Source: Callorhinchus milii (Eukaryota). From it: a DNA stretch of 64,000 nt. The notes beneath the pieces were generated by a model. It was not told the DNA's origin, ran no database searches, and was given only the letters and a program-made list of their open reading frames with translations. A program made the translations under genes and the position numbers. The stretch is taken from positions 15,750,001 to 15,814,000 of the forward strand of contig NW_024704742.1 of assembly GCF_018977255.1 (NCBI RefSeq), in the 5' to 3' direction. Numbering within the stretch: the stretch's first letter is position 1; each line of letters starts with the position of its first letter. This document shows positions 38,725-50,490 of this stretch, in pieces.

Positions 38725-39092
38725 TAACATTAATCCTTGTATTTTATGTTGTGCTTTAAACATCGAGAAAGTGTTTCACATAAATTTTCTGTAAAGTGTT
38801 GTAACTGTATTTATAGGCGAACTTTTACACACAGCAGCCATGAAGCAAATGATCAATTTTATCTGGGGAATTGTTAGCCAGGATACCCGAAGAAACTCCT
38901 TTCAAATAGTAACATTTTTAGCATTCACCTGAATAGGCAGACAGGACCTCATTTTAACTTCTCAACCAAAGGACAGCACCTCCAACAATGCAGGACTCCC
39001 CCACCACTGCACTGAAATGTCATCTCAAAGGGGTGTTGTAACCACAACCTTCTGACTCCGAGCTAAGAGTGCTACAAATGAGCCAGAGTGAC
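38725..39092 (-). mobile_element. Deu-domain SINE, near full length
   Basis: CACCTGAATAGGCAGACAGGACCTC...AGCACCTCCAACAATGCAG...ACAACCTTCTGACTCCGAG...GAGTGCTAC. Confidence 0.75.
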
Positions 39093-39918
39093 ACCTCCTG
39101 ATGGTCAATTTAGTGACCTTATAATATTAACAGATCCCAAAGTCACCCTGCTCAGTGGCTGAGTCTCGGACATTATCTGCAGCATACATTGGTCTTCCAG
39201 ATCATAGAGAGGGATATTGTAAATCCAGTCAGAGGGAGACCGGCTTTATTCTGATTTTTTTAAAATGACTTATTTATTTATTTATTTATATTTTATTTTT
39301 TACGAGCTGGCAATTTTCAGATTTTTGATAAATTTGCCGAATTTACAGTGGGAAAATCTGCAAAGAACAGCAACATCACTGACAAGCAGATAATCACCCA
39401 CCCTCTGCTCAGCTATCATTTTTATTGGATATTGATTAGGATAGCTTTGAGCTTGCCAAGGGTTTTCTGCATGTGTCAGACGCCAAGTGGATCAGAAAAT
39501 GTATTAATTTTTATAATTTTTTTATAATCATATATTACTTTTACCCTCATTATATATTAGAAAAATAGCACCGATATTTAATAGATGTTTCTTGATGGCA
39601 AATAAACCTCCCAATTATATAGTGCAATAGCAAGGTTCAAAATCTCTCTTTTTTAATCAGTTTACATGATGTGTACTATTTATCTTCAGTTGAGTAAAAC
39701 ATGCAAGCACCTTAGCAAGGTAACTCTTAACTCCTAGCCCTGGCAATGCTTTAAAAATTCTGTGCAGCAAAATCTGTTCTCCCAAATGTCTCTGACCTGC
39801 TTTACCTTGGCATGCATTTGAATATTACTGCTTTTGAATTAGCGTCCTGCTGCTTAATATTATCTCCATTGATTTTTCAGATCATTGTCAGGTCACTGGA
39901 GGAAAGCAAGAAAGTCCT

Positions 39919-40252
39919 GTGGAGTCCTGTAGCTCAGTGGTTGGAGCACTCGCTTTGCAAGTGAGAGACCTGAGTTCAATTCCAGGCAGAGGGCGAAACC
40001 TTGGGCAAGTTTCCTTACTCCACACCCCTAATAATAATCCCTCAAAAAAAAAACCCAAAGCAATAATAAATTGGTCATTTTCAATCTACGACTGTTTGTG
40101 GGGCATTGCTGTGCGCATTTGGCTGCCGCATTCGCCCACAAATATACAGTCAATTCACTTTACAGTGTGTTCTGTGAAGCGCGTTGGGACGTCCTCCCGA
40201 CGTGAGCTATATCAAATGCAAGGATTATTATTATTATTATTATTATTATTAT
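39919..40252 (+). mobile_element. Young tRNA-Ala SINE, full length
   Basis: Head GTGGAGTCCTGTAGCTCAGTGG; tail loop CTCCC with a 5-nt deletion after GACGTGA; (ATT)9. Confidence 0.93.
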
Positions 40253-40439
40253 AAATCCTGCAAAGAAAGTACAATCTGAATCCATGGCAAAATGCTGCAG
40301 ATTTATACTGTAGGAAGGGAACAGCCTCGTGATAAGTATTATTTCTTTAAAGTAATATCTGCTCAATAATTTCTCCAGTGACTTTCACCCACGGAGAGTC
40401 AGGGCTTGCTCCTTTCTGCTGATCAATCTGTTTTCTATA

Positions 40440-40753
40440 AAATAATAATAATCCTTGCATTTGATAGAGCACTTTTCTTGTCCTCTGGATGTCTCAAAGC
40501 ACTTCATAGAATATACTGTAAAGTGAACTGACTGTATATTTGTGGGCGAAACGCAGCACCCAATTGCGCACAGCAGTATCTCACAAAAAGTCGTGGATTG
40601 AGTGACCAAATTATTATTGTTTTTTTTCTTGAGGGATTATTATCAGGCGTATGGAGTAAGGAAGCTTGCCCAGGGTTTCGCCCTGCCAAGAATCAAACCC
40701 AGGTTTCTCACTTGCGAGGCAATTGTTCTAACCACTGAGCTACAGGATTTCAC
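40440..40753 (-). mobile_element. tRNA-Ala SINE, full length, CGC-loop variant
   Basis: Inverted homolog of 39919-40252, more diverged. Confidence 0.9.
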
Positions 40754-40764
40754 TCCACATAACA

Positions 40765-40950
40765 TAGCATAGATGTATTTAAGGGAAAGCTAGATAGTTA
40801 CATGAGGGAGAAAGGAATAGAAGGTTATGCTTGAAGGCTCAGTTGAGGAATGGCAGGAGGAGGCTCACGCGGAGCATAAACACCGGCATAGACCAGTTGA
40901 GCTGAATGGCCTGTTTCTGTGCTGTATATTCTAATGTATTCTAATGTATA
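40765..40950 (+). mobile_element. CR1 3' tail fragment
   Basis: Near-identical to 32400-32582 and 52315-52498. Confidence 0.9.
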
Positions 40951-41694
40951 AATGTCCAGAATGCCATTCCTACAGGTACACTGAAAGAAACTATGCCCTT
41001 AAAAAAAGTTGAATAAGAAAAGATTTGACTGTTAAGTTTTGTATGAAACATAAAACATATAAATGCAAAGATTGAATTTAGAAGGTGATTCTGTACAAAT
41101 TTCGGTCAAAATTTCTCTCTGTATTGTTCTGGTTTATATTAATCTCTGAGAACTGGTGAATACATTTTGATGGAACGGTGTCAACCATTTTGCTGTTGGT
41201 GGTGGGGGGTTTTCTCTGCTACTCTTTTTATCCTTCACATGCTGGAAAAGATATGCCACTGGCTGTTAAAATAATTGTTAACCATTTAGTTTACTTAACC
41301 TATGATAACCTCATCATTTTTCGTTTCCTAATTGCTGGCATTAAGTGTTACAATGATTTTCTTTGGCTCTCTCATGTAGTTGTAGTGGGAAGCTTGCTGG
41401 ACAGTGCTCACAGTAGCAAGCTATGTATTTTTTAACTGGTTAAACTCCAGCAGTATTCCCAACATTTGCTCTGGGGTCCCTGAGGCTTTTACTCTTGCCA
41501 ACCTGTGCCTAATACTTGACGGAATTAAGTAATTGTGGTGCTTCTCCCAGGGAGAGAGTGACATTCCAGATGCAGGGAGATTTCCATGTGTAGGTGGCAT
41601 ACATATATGGATCTCTGTCTAGTTTGGGTACTCCTAAGCAAGATGATAGATTTCCAATTGTTTCAGAAATACATAATTTATTTTGTATCTACTA

Positions 41695-43325
41695 TGCCTC
41701 GTTCTGCCATAAACACTCAACTTCACAATGGGGTTCTTTACTTTAATGTCCGCTCCATCTCCAACAAGATCCAAGTCGTCAATGAACTCATCATCGATGA
41801 GAACATTGACATTATGGCCCTCACTGAAACCTGAATCACCCCAGGTGACACCTTCCCCCTCACTGAGGCCACACCACCCGGCTACACCTATCACCATGCC
41901 CCACGCCCCAACCATCGTGGCAGTGGTGTGGCCCTCATATTCAGGGCGTCACTTGCCCTATCCCCCTACTCCACCGACTCGTTCCCCTCTTTTGAACACC
42001 TTACCCTCTGCCATCCCTCCCATTTCTCTCTAAAAATTCTGTTACTTTACTGCCCCCCAAAATCGTCCCCCACCTTCATCTCTGACATCTCCACCTTCCT
42101 TGCTTCCCTTTGCCTCAGCTCCGATCACCTCATCATCCTGGGAGACTTCAACCTCCACTTCACCCCCTCCCTCTCCACCTACTCAGACTTCTCCTCTCTC
42201 CTCTCCTCTCTCAACCTCTCCCTCCACATCCACTCTACTACCCACACCCATGGTCACCCGCTCGACCTGGTAACCACCCGGGGCCTCAGTGTCTCTGATG
42301 TCACCATCACTGACAAGGCCATCTCTGACCAACATTTCGTCTTCCTCAACTCATATCCATCTGCCTCCAAACCTACCACCATCTTCTACCGCCTGTGGAA
42401 GAAGATCTCCCCGTAATACCTCTCCACTGCCCTGGAGTTCTCTGAACTTCTCCCCCTCTGGCCCACCTCTCGCACCAACCCACTTGCTGCACTTACACTT
42501 CTCCACAGCACTCTCTCCACCATACTCGCCGCCCTTGCCCCCATCACCTCCCAAACTGCCTCCTATTCCCGATCCTCACCCTGGTTCACCAGCCACCTCC
42601 ACTCGCTTAAGGGGCAGGTGCAGTCTACCGAGTGCACTTGGCTCAAATCCGGCCTAACAGTCCACCGCCACATTTGGCTGGACCTCATCAAGACCTACCG
42701 TTCCGCTCTCACCTGGGCCAAATCATACTTCTATTCCAGGTTAATCCTGGAGGCGAAGGGCAACCCCAGGCTCCTATTCTCCACCACCAACCGGCTCCTC
42801 CACCCTCCATGCCATGCCTCGCAGATTCTTTCCTCTGTCACTCCCTGCAAGAAAATGCTGGAACTTCCTCGAGTCCAGAATCGAGGGAATCCGCTCAGCT
42901 GCCAATGCCCTCCCAACTTCCACCCCTCCCTACCCCCATCCAACATAATTACCCATCTGATAATTACCCATCCCTTCTTCCACATCTTTGAACCTGTCAC
43001 CCCCTCCTCTGTCTTCACCACCGTAACCTCCATGAAAGCCACCACCTGCTCCCTGGACCCCATCCCCACCCCTCTCCTAAAATCCCAGCTCCACCTCCTT
43101 GCCCCACCTCTCGCCGACATCAGTAGCTTCTCCCTGCCATCCGGCATTGTTGCTTCCCCCCTCAAAACAGCCATTATCACCTCCACCTCGAAGAAACCTT
43201 CCCTTGACTCATCACAGCTATCCAACTACCAGCCCATCTCAAATCTCACTTTCCTATTCTGTCCAGCGCCTTGGGATATCCTCCCAATGTGAAAGGAGCT
43301 ATACAAATGTAATTTTGTATTGTAT
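41695..43325 (+). mobile_element. L2 retaining the APE endonuclease and linker but lacking RT, joined to an L2 tail; many stops and frameshifts
   Basis: FNVRSISNK..MALTET, YCPPK, ILGDFNLH, THTHGHPLDLV, ISDQH, GNPRLLFS, TTCSLDPIPT, SNYQPISNL, then directly CTGTCCAGCGCCTTGGGATATCCTCCCAATGTGAAAGG. Confidence 0.92.
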
Positions 43326-46300
43326 TTTTGACTCTCTGAAACACTCAAATCATTGGACATTCTGTTTTGAAAGACCATTCAGCTAAGTGCAGCTAAGGTT
43401 CCTCATGTGGATTAAATTAAAGTTGCATACAGATTATATACTTGATTATGTGAATCTATCAAAGAAATAGCTTGCATTTGACAGTAATTCAAAACGACTA
43501 TTATGCTCAAGAAAATGACTTGTTGAAGTTTTATATAACGTGGATGTTTAGCAGAGGGAAAATCTGCAGAAAAAACAAAGACTAATTGTGGAGGTAATGA
43601 CTTTAAAAGGCTGACTGAGACAGTTTTAAATTGTTTCTGTTTCACATAAAACAAAAACTGAAAATACTTGAAATCCACAGTAGCTCAATCAGCATCTGTT
43701 AGCCTGGCTAAATTAACAGCATGCTGAAGAGGATTATTTCTAAACCCTAGGTTGGGATTTTGAGTTCTAAGTTTATAGGAGTGATCAGGCACTTAGAAAC
43801 TTCAATGTGGTGTTGGAGACGGCGTTCTTTGGATAACATAACATAACATAACATAACATAACATGTAGGAGCAGGAGTAGGCCATTCGGCCCTTCAAGCC
43901 TGCCCCGCTATTCAATCATGGCTGATCTTCTAATCTAACTCCAGCTAATAACCTGACCCTGATTTATCCCCATATCCCTTTATCCCTTTTGCAATAAGAA
44001 ATCTATCTATCTCAGTCTTGAATATGTTCAAGGACTGAGCATCAATAGATAGCCCTTTGGGGTCGTGAGTTCCATACATTCATCACCCTTTGAATGAAGA
44101 AGTTCTTCCTCGACTCAGTGCGAAAGGGCTGGCTTCTGATTTTAAGGTTTTAGTTTCTCCAACCAGGGGAAACAATCTCCCACTATCTACTCTATCATGC
44201 TCTTTGATGATCTTATAGGTTTCTATAAGATCCCCTCTAATTCTTCCATATTCTAAAGAATATCGGCCCAAATTGGTCAGCCTCGTAACTCAACCCCTTC
44301 ATCCCTGGTACTAACCTAGTAAATCTACGCTGCACCCCCTCCAAGGCAAGTACATCCTTCCTTAAATAAGGAGACCAAAACTGCACACAGTATTCCAGGT
44401 GTGGTCTCACCAGGGCCCTATACAGTTGCAGCAAGACTTCCCTACTCTTATACTCTAATCCTTTCATAATGAATGCTAACATACCATTCGCCTTCCTAAT
44501 TGCTGCTGCACCTGCAGACTAACTTTCTGTGATTGGTGTACAAGGACACCCGAGTCCCTCTGGACGCTAACACATTCCAATCTCTCCCCTTCTAAAAAAT
44601 AACCCGCTCTACTGTTTTTGCTACCGAGGTGGATGACTTCGCACTTCCCTACATTATACTTCATCTGCCACCTACCTGCCCAATCACCTAACCTATCTAT
44701 GATTCGCTGCATTTTTTTAATGTCGTCTTCTGTGTTGACACTTCCTCCTAGTTTTGTGTCATCTGCAAATTAAATATATTAGCTCCGATGTCCTCATCAA
44801 GATCGTTGATGTAGATGGTAAATAGCTGAGGCCCAAGGACTGATCCTTGTGGCCCTCCACTAGTCACATCCCGCCAATCTGAAAAGGACCCGTTTATCCC
44901 TACTCTTTGTTTCCTACCCGTTAACCATTCCCCAATCCACGTTAATATGCTCCCCCCAATTCCATGGGCCCTTATCTTTTGGACTAACCTTTTATGCGGC
45001 ACCTTATCGAATGCCTTCTGGAAGTCCAAATAGACCACATCCACTGATTCACCCTTATCTAGTTTACTGGAAATATCCTCAAAAAACTCTATGAGATTTG
45101 TCAAACATGACTTCCCTTTTGTAAAGCCATGTTGACTTGGCCTAATTATATTGTGTCCCCTAAATACCGCACTACCACATCCTTAATCAATGATTCTAAA
45201 ATTTTTCCTATCACTGATGTGAGACTAACTGGCCTATAGTTCCCCATCTTTTCCTTTCCACCTTTTTTAAATAGTGGTGTGACATTTGCGATCTTCCAAT
45301 CCATGGGGACTGTTCCAGAATCCAAGGAATTTTGGAAGATCATATATAAGGCCTCCACTATAAGCTACCTCTTTTAAAACCCTGGGATGCAAGCCATCCG
45401 GACCAGGGGATTTGTCACTTTTTAGTGCTAACAGTTTCCCTAGCACCAATTCTCTACTAATGAAAATTTCCCTAAGTTGCTCCCTGTCCTTATTCCCTTG
45501 GTGCATCCCTATTGTTGGCAGACTTGTTGTGTCTTCTAGAGTGAAGACAGATGCAAAGTACCCATTTAGGGACTCTGCCATGTCCTTGTCCCCCATTACA
45601 ACTTCTCCCATCTCTGACTGAAGTGGACCTACATTTACCCTCACTAGCCTATTCCTCTTAATATATTTCTAAAAACTTTTACAATCAGACTTAATATTCC
45701 TAGCTAGCTTACCCTCATACTCCTTTTTCTCGCTCTTAATAAGTTTTTTATTTTTATTTTGCTGGTTTCTAAAACTCTCCGAATCTTCAGATTTGCCCCT
45801 TTTCTTGGCAGTTTTTATAAGCCTTTTCGTTTAATTTGATGCTTTCCCTAACTGCTCTAGTTAGCCACGGATGAATTGCTTTCCCTGTGGTACTCTTATT
45901 CCGCAAGGGAATATGCGACCGCTGAGAATTTTGCACTACATCCTTAAATATTTGCCACTGTTGGTCTACATTTTTACCTCTTAATCTTATTCTCCAGTCT
46001 ATTTTACCTAAATCTTTCCTCATACCTACAAAATTGGCCCTATTTAAATTCAGAATACTTGCCTCGGATTTAACTACATCCCTCTCTAACTTAATGCAGA
46101 ATTCAATCATATTGTGATCACTCTGCCCTAGAGGATTCTTAATACCTACACTGCCAACTACCCCTGTTTCGTTACACAAAATAGGATGGCCTGTCCCCTA
46201 GTTGGTTCCTCGGCATGCTGCTCTAGAATGTTATCTCTTATACACTCAATGAACTCTTCTTCTGACCTACTTTTGCCGATTTGGTTTTCCCAATCTATGT

Positions 46301-46624
46301 GGAGATTGAAATCACCCACTTTACCTTTCCTACATGCTCCAATGATTTCCTGATTGATACCTTGTGCTATATTGTGATTGCTGTTTGGTGGTCTATAAAC
46401 CACTCCCGTTAATATTTTCTGCCCTTTATTATTTTTTATTTCCACCAATATTGTCTCTACCTCCTGGTCATCGGATTTCAGATCCTTCCTCTCCACTGCT
46501 TTTATTTCATCCCTAATTGACCAGGCTATCCCCACACCCCCACCCCACCTCGTTTACCACAGTGCCTATCTTTCCTGTAAACTGAGAACCCTGGAATATT
46601 TAACTTCCACCCTAGATCTCCTTG

Positions 46625-46707
46625 GCCTCTGGTCCACGCCTTTATCACTTGAAGGCTGGACTATGGGAACTCTCTCCTCGCCGGCATTGTTGTTGATGTT
46701 GTTGTTG
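46625..46707 (+). mobile_element. 83-bp micro-L2 insertion (internal ORF2 piece fused to the (TTG)n tail)
   Basis: CTGGTCCACGCCTTTATCAC...CTATGGGAACTCTCTCCTCGCCGGC matches the reverse complement of about 58134-58186; removing it restores the CR1 reading WLQGDLGW. Confidence 0.85.
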
Positions 46708-47009
46708 TAACCATTTTTCAGTGATGGCTACTAGATCGTACCCATATGTGTCTATCTGTGCTTTTAATTCGTCAGTTTTATTCCGAATGTTTCGAGCGTT
46801 TAGATATAACATTTTTAATTTCCTTCCATTTCCTCTCCTCTCTGATTCCTTATCTGCTTTGCCAAGCTTCTTACCCCTAGTTAACATATTCGTGTTATCT
46901 GGCATGCTATTCTGCACTGTCATCTTTACTTTTTCTAATGCTAATTTATGGTCTCTCTTAGCTATATATTCCTCCCCCTTTACTAGCTTAAATTCCTATT
47001 TATTTCTCT

Positions 47010-47457
47010 GTTGATTCGTTTAGCTAGGACATTTGTCCCAGCACGATTTAAATGCAGCCCTTTTCTCCGAAAGAGCTCTCTTTTCCCCCAATTCTCGTGC
47101 TAATGGCCCATAAAAAGAAACCCCTGAGTCCCGCACCACTCTTTTAGCCATGCGTTCAAGTCCTTAATTTGTCTGTTCCCGTACCAATTGTCGTATGGTA
47201 CAGGCAGTAGTCCTGATATTACCACCTTCGACGATCTCGACTTCAATTTGGACCCCAGCTCTTTGAATTCTTTTCTCAAGTCATCTTGGCCTACTCTACC
47301 GATGTCATTGGTACCTATGTGAAGTACCACCAACGGATCCTTGCCCTCATATTTTAAATTGTCCTCTAGCCCTGCCAAGACATCCTTCACCCTGGCCCCA
47401 GGGAGGCAACAAAGCCTTCTGGTCTTCTGGTTGGGGTTGTAGATGATTGTGTCTGTC
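47010..47457 (-). pseudogene. CR1 ORF1 SGNH/GDSL-esterase-like domain, 5'-truncated
   Basis: ORF 47100..47390 has the GTND block; GLHLNRAG follows after a stop; the GDS motif is lost by truncation. Confidence 0.85.
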
Positions 47458-47750
47458 TGGATGGAATATTAAATCAAGGTCCTATTTGCCTGTTCGTATG
47501 GATGTTAAGTATCATTTAATTTTAAAAAAGAAGGGAGTTTCTCAATAGCATTAGTTGTTGGCCATTGATATCTTGGCCTACAATGCCCCAAATAAAATTG
47601 ACCATTCAATTCATGGCTGTTTGTGCGATATTGCTGTGCACAAAGTTACTGCCACATTTACATACAAAATGCACAGTCACAAGATTTTAATTCCTTTGAG
47701 ACATCTCGAAAACATGATGGTGCTTGATCAAATGCAAGGATTATGTTATT
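47458..47750 (+). mobile_element. DeuSINE 3' half; its 5' part lies at about 43700-43834, split by the CR1
   Basis: TGTTGGAGACGGCGTTCTTTGGAT | GGAATATTAAATCAAGGTCCTATTTGCCTGTTC rejoins as the Deu core. Confidence 0.75.
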
Positions 47751-47944
47751 GTCTAAATAGATTAACATCAACCTATGTTTCCCCTTAGTTTTTTTTGTCT
47801 CTTTCAGAATCTCAATGGATTATTGCTTCATATTTTCAGAACTTCCATTTTGCACATCTCCTTTGTAGCACAGCTGGTGAGACAATGGATGCAGCTGATA
47901 ACATTATAAGAGGGTTTTCCTATATTACATGTTTAGCAATAATA

Positions 47945-48365
47945 CTATAAGAAGAATCATTGCTTTTTATATCGTGCCTATCATATTGGGAAGATGGCTC
48001 AAATCACTTCATAGGATTTATTGTAAAGTATAATGACTGTCCATTTTGTAGGGGAATACTGCAGTCAATTTCTGTACAGCAACGTCCCCCCAAAAGTATG
48101 TTGACCAATTTTATCCACGGGATTGTTTGCCAGAACACTGGGAGAAACTCCCTTGTTGAATACTGCCATGGGTTATTTAACATCCACCTGAACAGGCAGG
48201 TGAGACCTTGGTTGATGTCTCATCTGAAGGTTAAAACCTCTGACAATGTGGTACTACTACACTGGACTGTCAGATCAGATTATGAGCTCAAAGTCCTGAT
48301 AATGGACTTGAACCCACAATCTTCTGACTCAAAGGCAAGAGTGCTACCATTTGAAACAGGCTGAC
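47945..48365 (-). mobile_element. Deu-domain SINE, full length
   Basis: TGCCATGGGTTATTTAACATCCACCTGAACAGGCAG...TCTCATCTGAAGG...TTGAACCCACAATCTTCTGACTCAAAGGCAAGAGTGCTACC. Confidence 0.82.
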
Positions 48366-49191
48366 GTTTAAATATTCTAAAGATTGCCTGAAAGATTTTC
48401 AATTTTGCTAAAATATTTTCCATGAATCTCTTGTGGTATGTTTTATTTATTTATACTAAAAAAATAAATATTTGGCTGGAACAGCTGTTGAGATGACAGT
48501 TGCATAGAGAGCCAAACTCAGCTACCAAGGGGAGTAAGAGAACACTGCTGTTAAAACACTCTGGCTTGGGGCCTTTGTAAGGTTAATTGTTTACAAGATG
48601 CCTGGACAAATCTTCAGCTATTCAGGGAAGTAATAGGGAAAGCTGAATTAGTCATTTTATCAGTTTCATGAATGAAGATTTGTATCTGAAGATGGTGAAC
48701 ATTGCATTGCTATTCACAAAGTAGTGAAATATAAACCTAGCAATTATATACAAGTTAGCCTAACATCGCTGGTGGGGGAAAAAATAATATTGTAAATGAT
48801 GCTTTCAGAAGACATGTGATTATGACTCCACAGGTAAGATTTATGAAAGACAACTAAGGAATAGATGGTAAATTACCTAACTATGAGATTAACACTTGGT
48901 CAGCCAGTAGAAAATGAGAGCTAATGATGAATGGAAACATTTCTATCTGAGTGACAGTGACCAGTAGAATTGGGGGAGGGCAATATGGTCCCACAGTTCA
49001 TAATGATACATATGAAAGAGGGCATTTCTTAAAATATTATAAAACTTAGTTAACAATGCTAATTTATGTATCCTTGTTACCTATTCAACCACACCCATTG
49101 TGATTTCACTTCCCTCCTTTCCCTGGCTCAGTGTCCAACCCCAGCAATGTGCAGTGCTCCAAGACACTATCTTGGTTGAAAGACACTACAT

Positions 49192-49263
49192 TAACAACAA
49201 CAACAACAACAAGATTCCATTTATAAAGCGCCTTTCACGTCAGGAGGACGTCCCAAGGCGCTG
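49192..49263 (-). mobile_element. Young L2 tail nested in an older + strand L2 tail (about 49105-49285)
   Basis: (AAC)n AAGATTCCATTTATAAAGCGCCTTTCACGTCAGGAGGACGTCCCAAGGCGCTG lies between GAAAGACACTACAT and AATGCAAGTTGTTG. Confidence 0.85.
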
Positions 49264-49639
49264 AATTAATGCAAGTTGTTGTTCTTCTTCAGGATCGGGA
49301 CCAAATTTAACTTGTTGGGTATGAAAAGACAATATCTATAATAGAAATTTGTTGATATAATCTCTATTTAACTCAACTATGTCAAAGTTCCAGATACACT
49401 ATAGCTAAATATTTGCTTAGTCACTCATTTCAGAAAACGTCAAAGACCTTGCTTTCATTAAACGTCATTTATATGTATAACATTGACCAGATTGCTTGCC
49501 ATTGTACAATGCTTGATCTATTATGTTGTAATTAGCTTTGTGTAGGAACCATTATCTGAAGTTACATCAGTAATGCTGGACTGTGATTTGCATTCAATGC
49601 TTTTGTTTTAGGTATCACCACGAAAACAACAATGTCTAT

Positions 49640-50490
49640 TTATTCTCTTCACCTCACTCCCTCTCTTCCTATTTTCAGGTCTCTGCTGAAGATTTTCTCT
49701 TCGATCTCGTCTTTGGTCACCTTCTTCCCCCTCCCCCTGGCTTGGTGCCGGGATCCATTACTGTAAAGCGCTCTGAGACGCCGTCCGGCGTGGAGGGCGC
49801 TATATAAATCCAAGTTTTTGTTAGCCCTATTCATATTGGGAGGATGTCTCAAAGTGTTTCGCATAGCTAATTTGGAGCCCACCCTAGGCAGATAGAGGGA
49901 TGAATTGTGGGGTGAACTGTGGGGAGCATGGGGTGAATTGTGGCTAAAAGTGCAGTAAAAAATGTCTTAAGTCAGGTTTTGAAGGCAGGAAAGGAGGTGC
50001 AATGAAGAGGGATCCCAAGATGACATACAGAGAATGAGGACAGAGTAATTGAAGAATCTCTCATTGGATCGGGTATGGGATGTAAAGCAAGTCGGTGTTT
50101 GCTAAGCGGAGGTAGTGCTGGGACAATAAGGGCATAGGGCTCTATCTGTGGAATTCATAACAAAAAACTAATTCTATGTATTACATACAATAGCAAGACT
50201 GACACAATCATCAGTAATCAGCTGCAATAAATAAACAGCTTGCATTTATATGGCACCCTTTATGTTGGGCAGTATCTCAAAGCAATTAATAGCTTGATGC
50301 TGAGTGGGGAGAAAGGGGAGATAACCGTGGGCCCAGTTGAAGAGGAAGGGCTTCAGGTGTGATCTGAAGAACACACGAGGCTGGAGCAACAGAGAGGGAT
50401 TGAGGCAGGGAGTTTTGGGGTGTGGTGACTGGATGCCGAGAAGCTGATTGCGGAGGGAAGGGATGAGGGTCATGCAGAAGCCAGAGCCAG
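49640..50490. mobile_element. Cluster of old L2 3' fragments (about 49640-49820 +, 49830-50120 -, 50230-50490 -)
   Basis: L2 tails GAGGGCGCTATATAAATC and CTTGCATTTATATGGCACC; FRSHLKPFLFN in ORF 50246..50473. Confidence 0.65.

Larger units (their letters stand above)
43835..47457 (-). mobile_element. Near-full-length CR1 LINE (partial ORF1 esterase plus disrupted ORF2 APE-RT), (TATGT)n tail, TGGAT target duplication
   Basis: ORF1 CCLPGARVKD..VVLHIGTND..ISGLLP..GLHLN; ORF2 [76 protein letters not shown] at 43830-43834 and 47458-47462. Confidence 0.97.
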
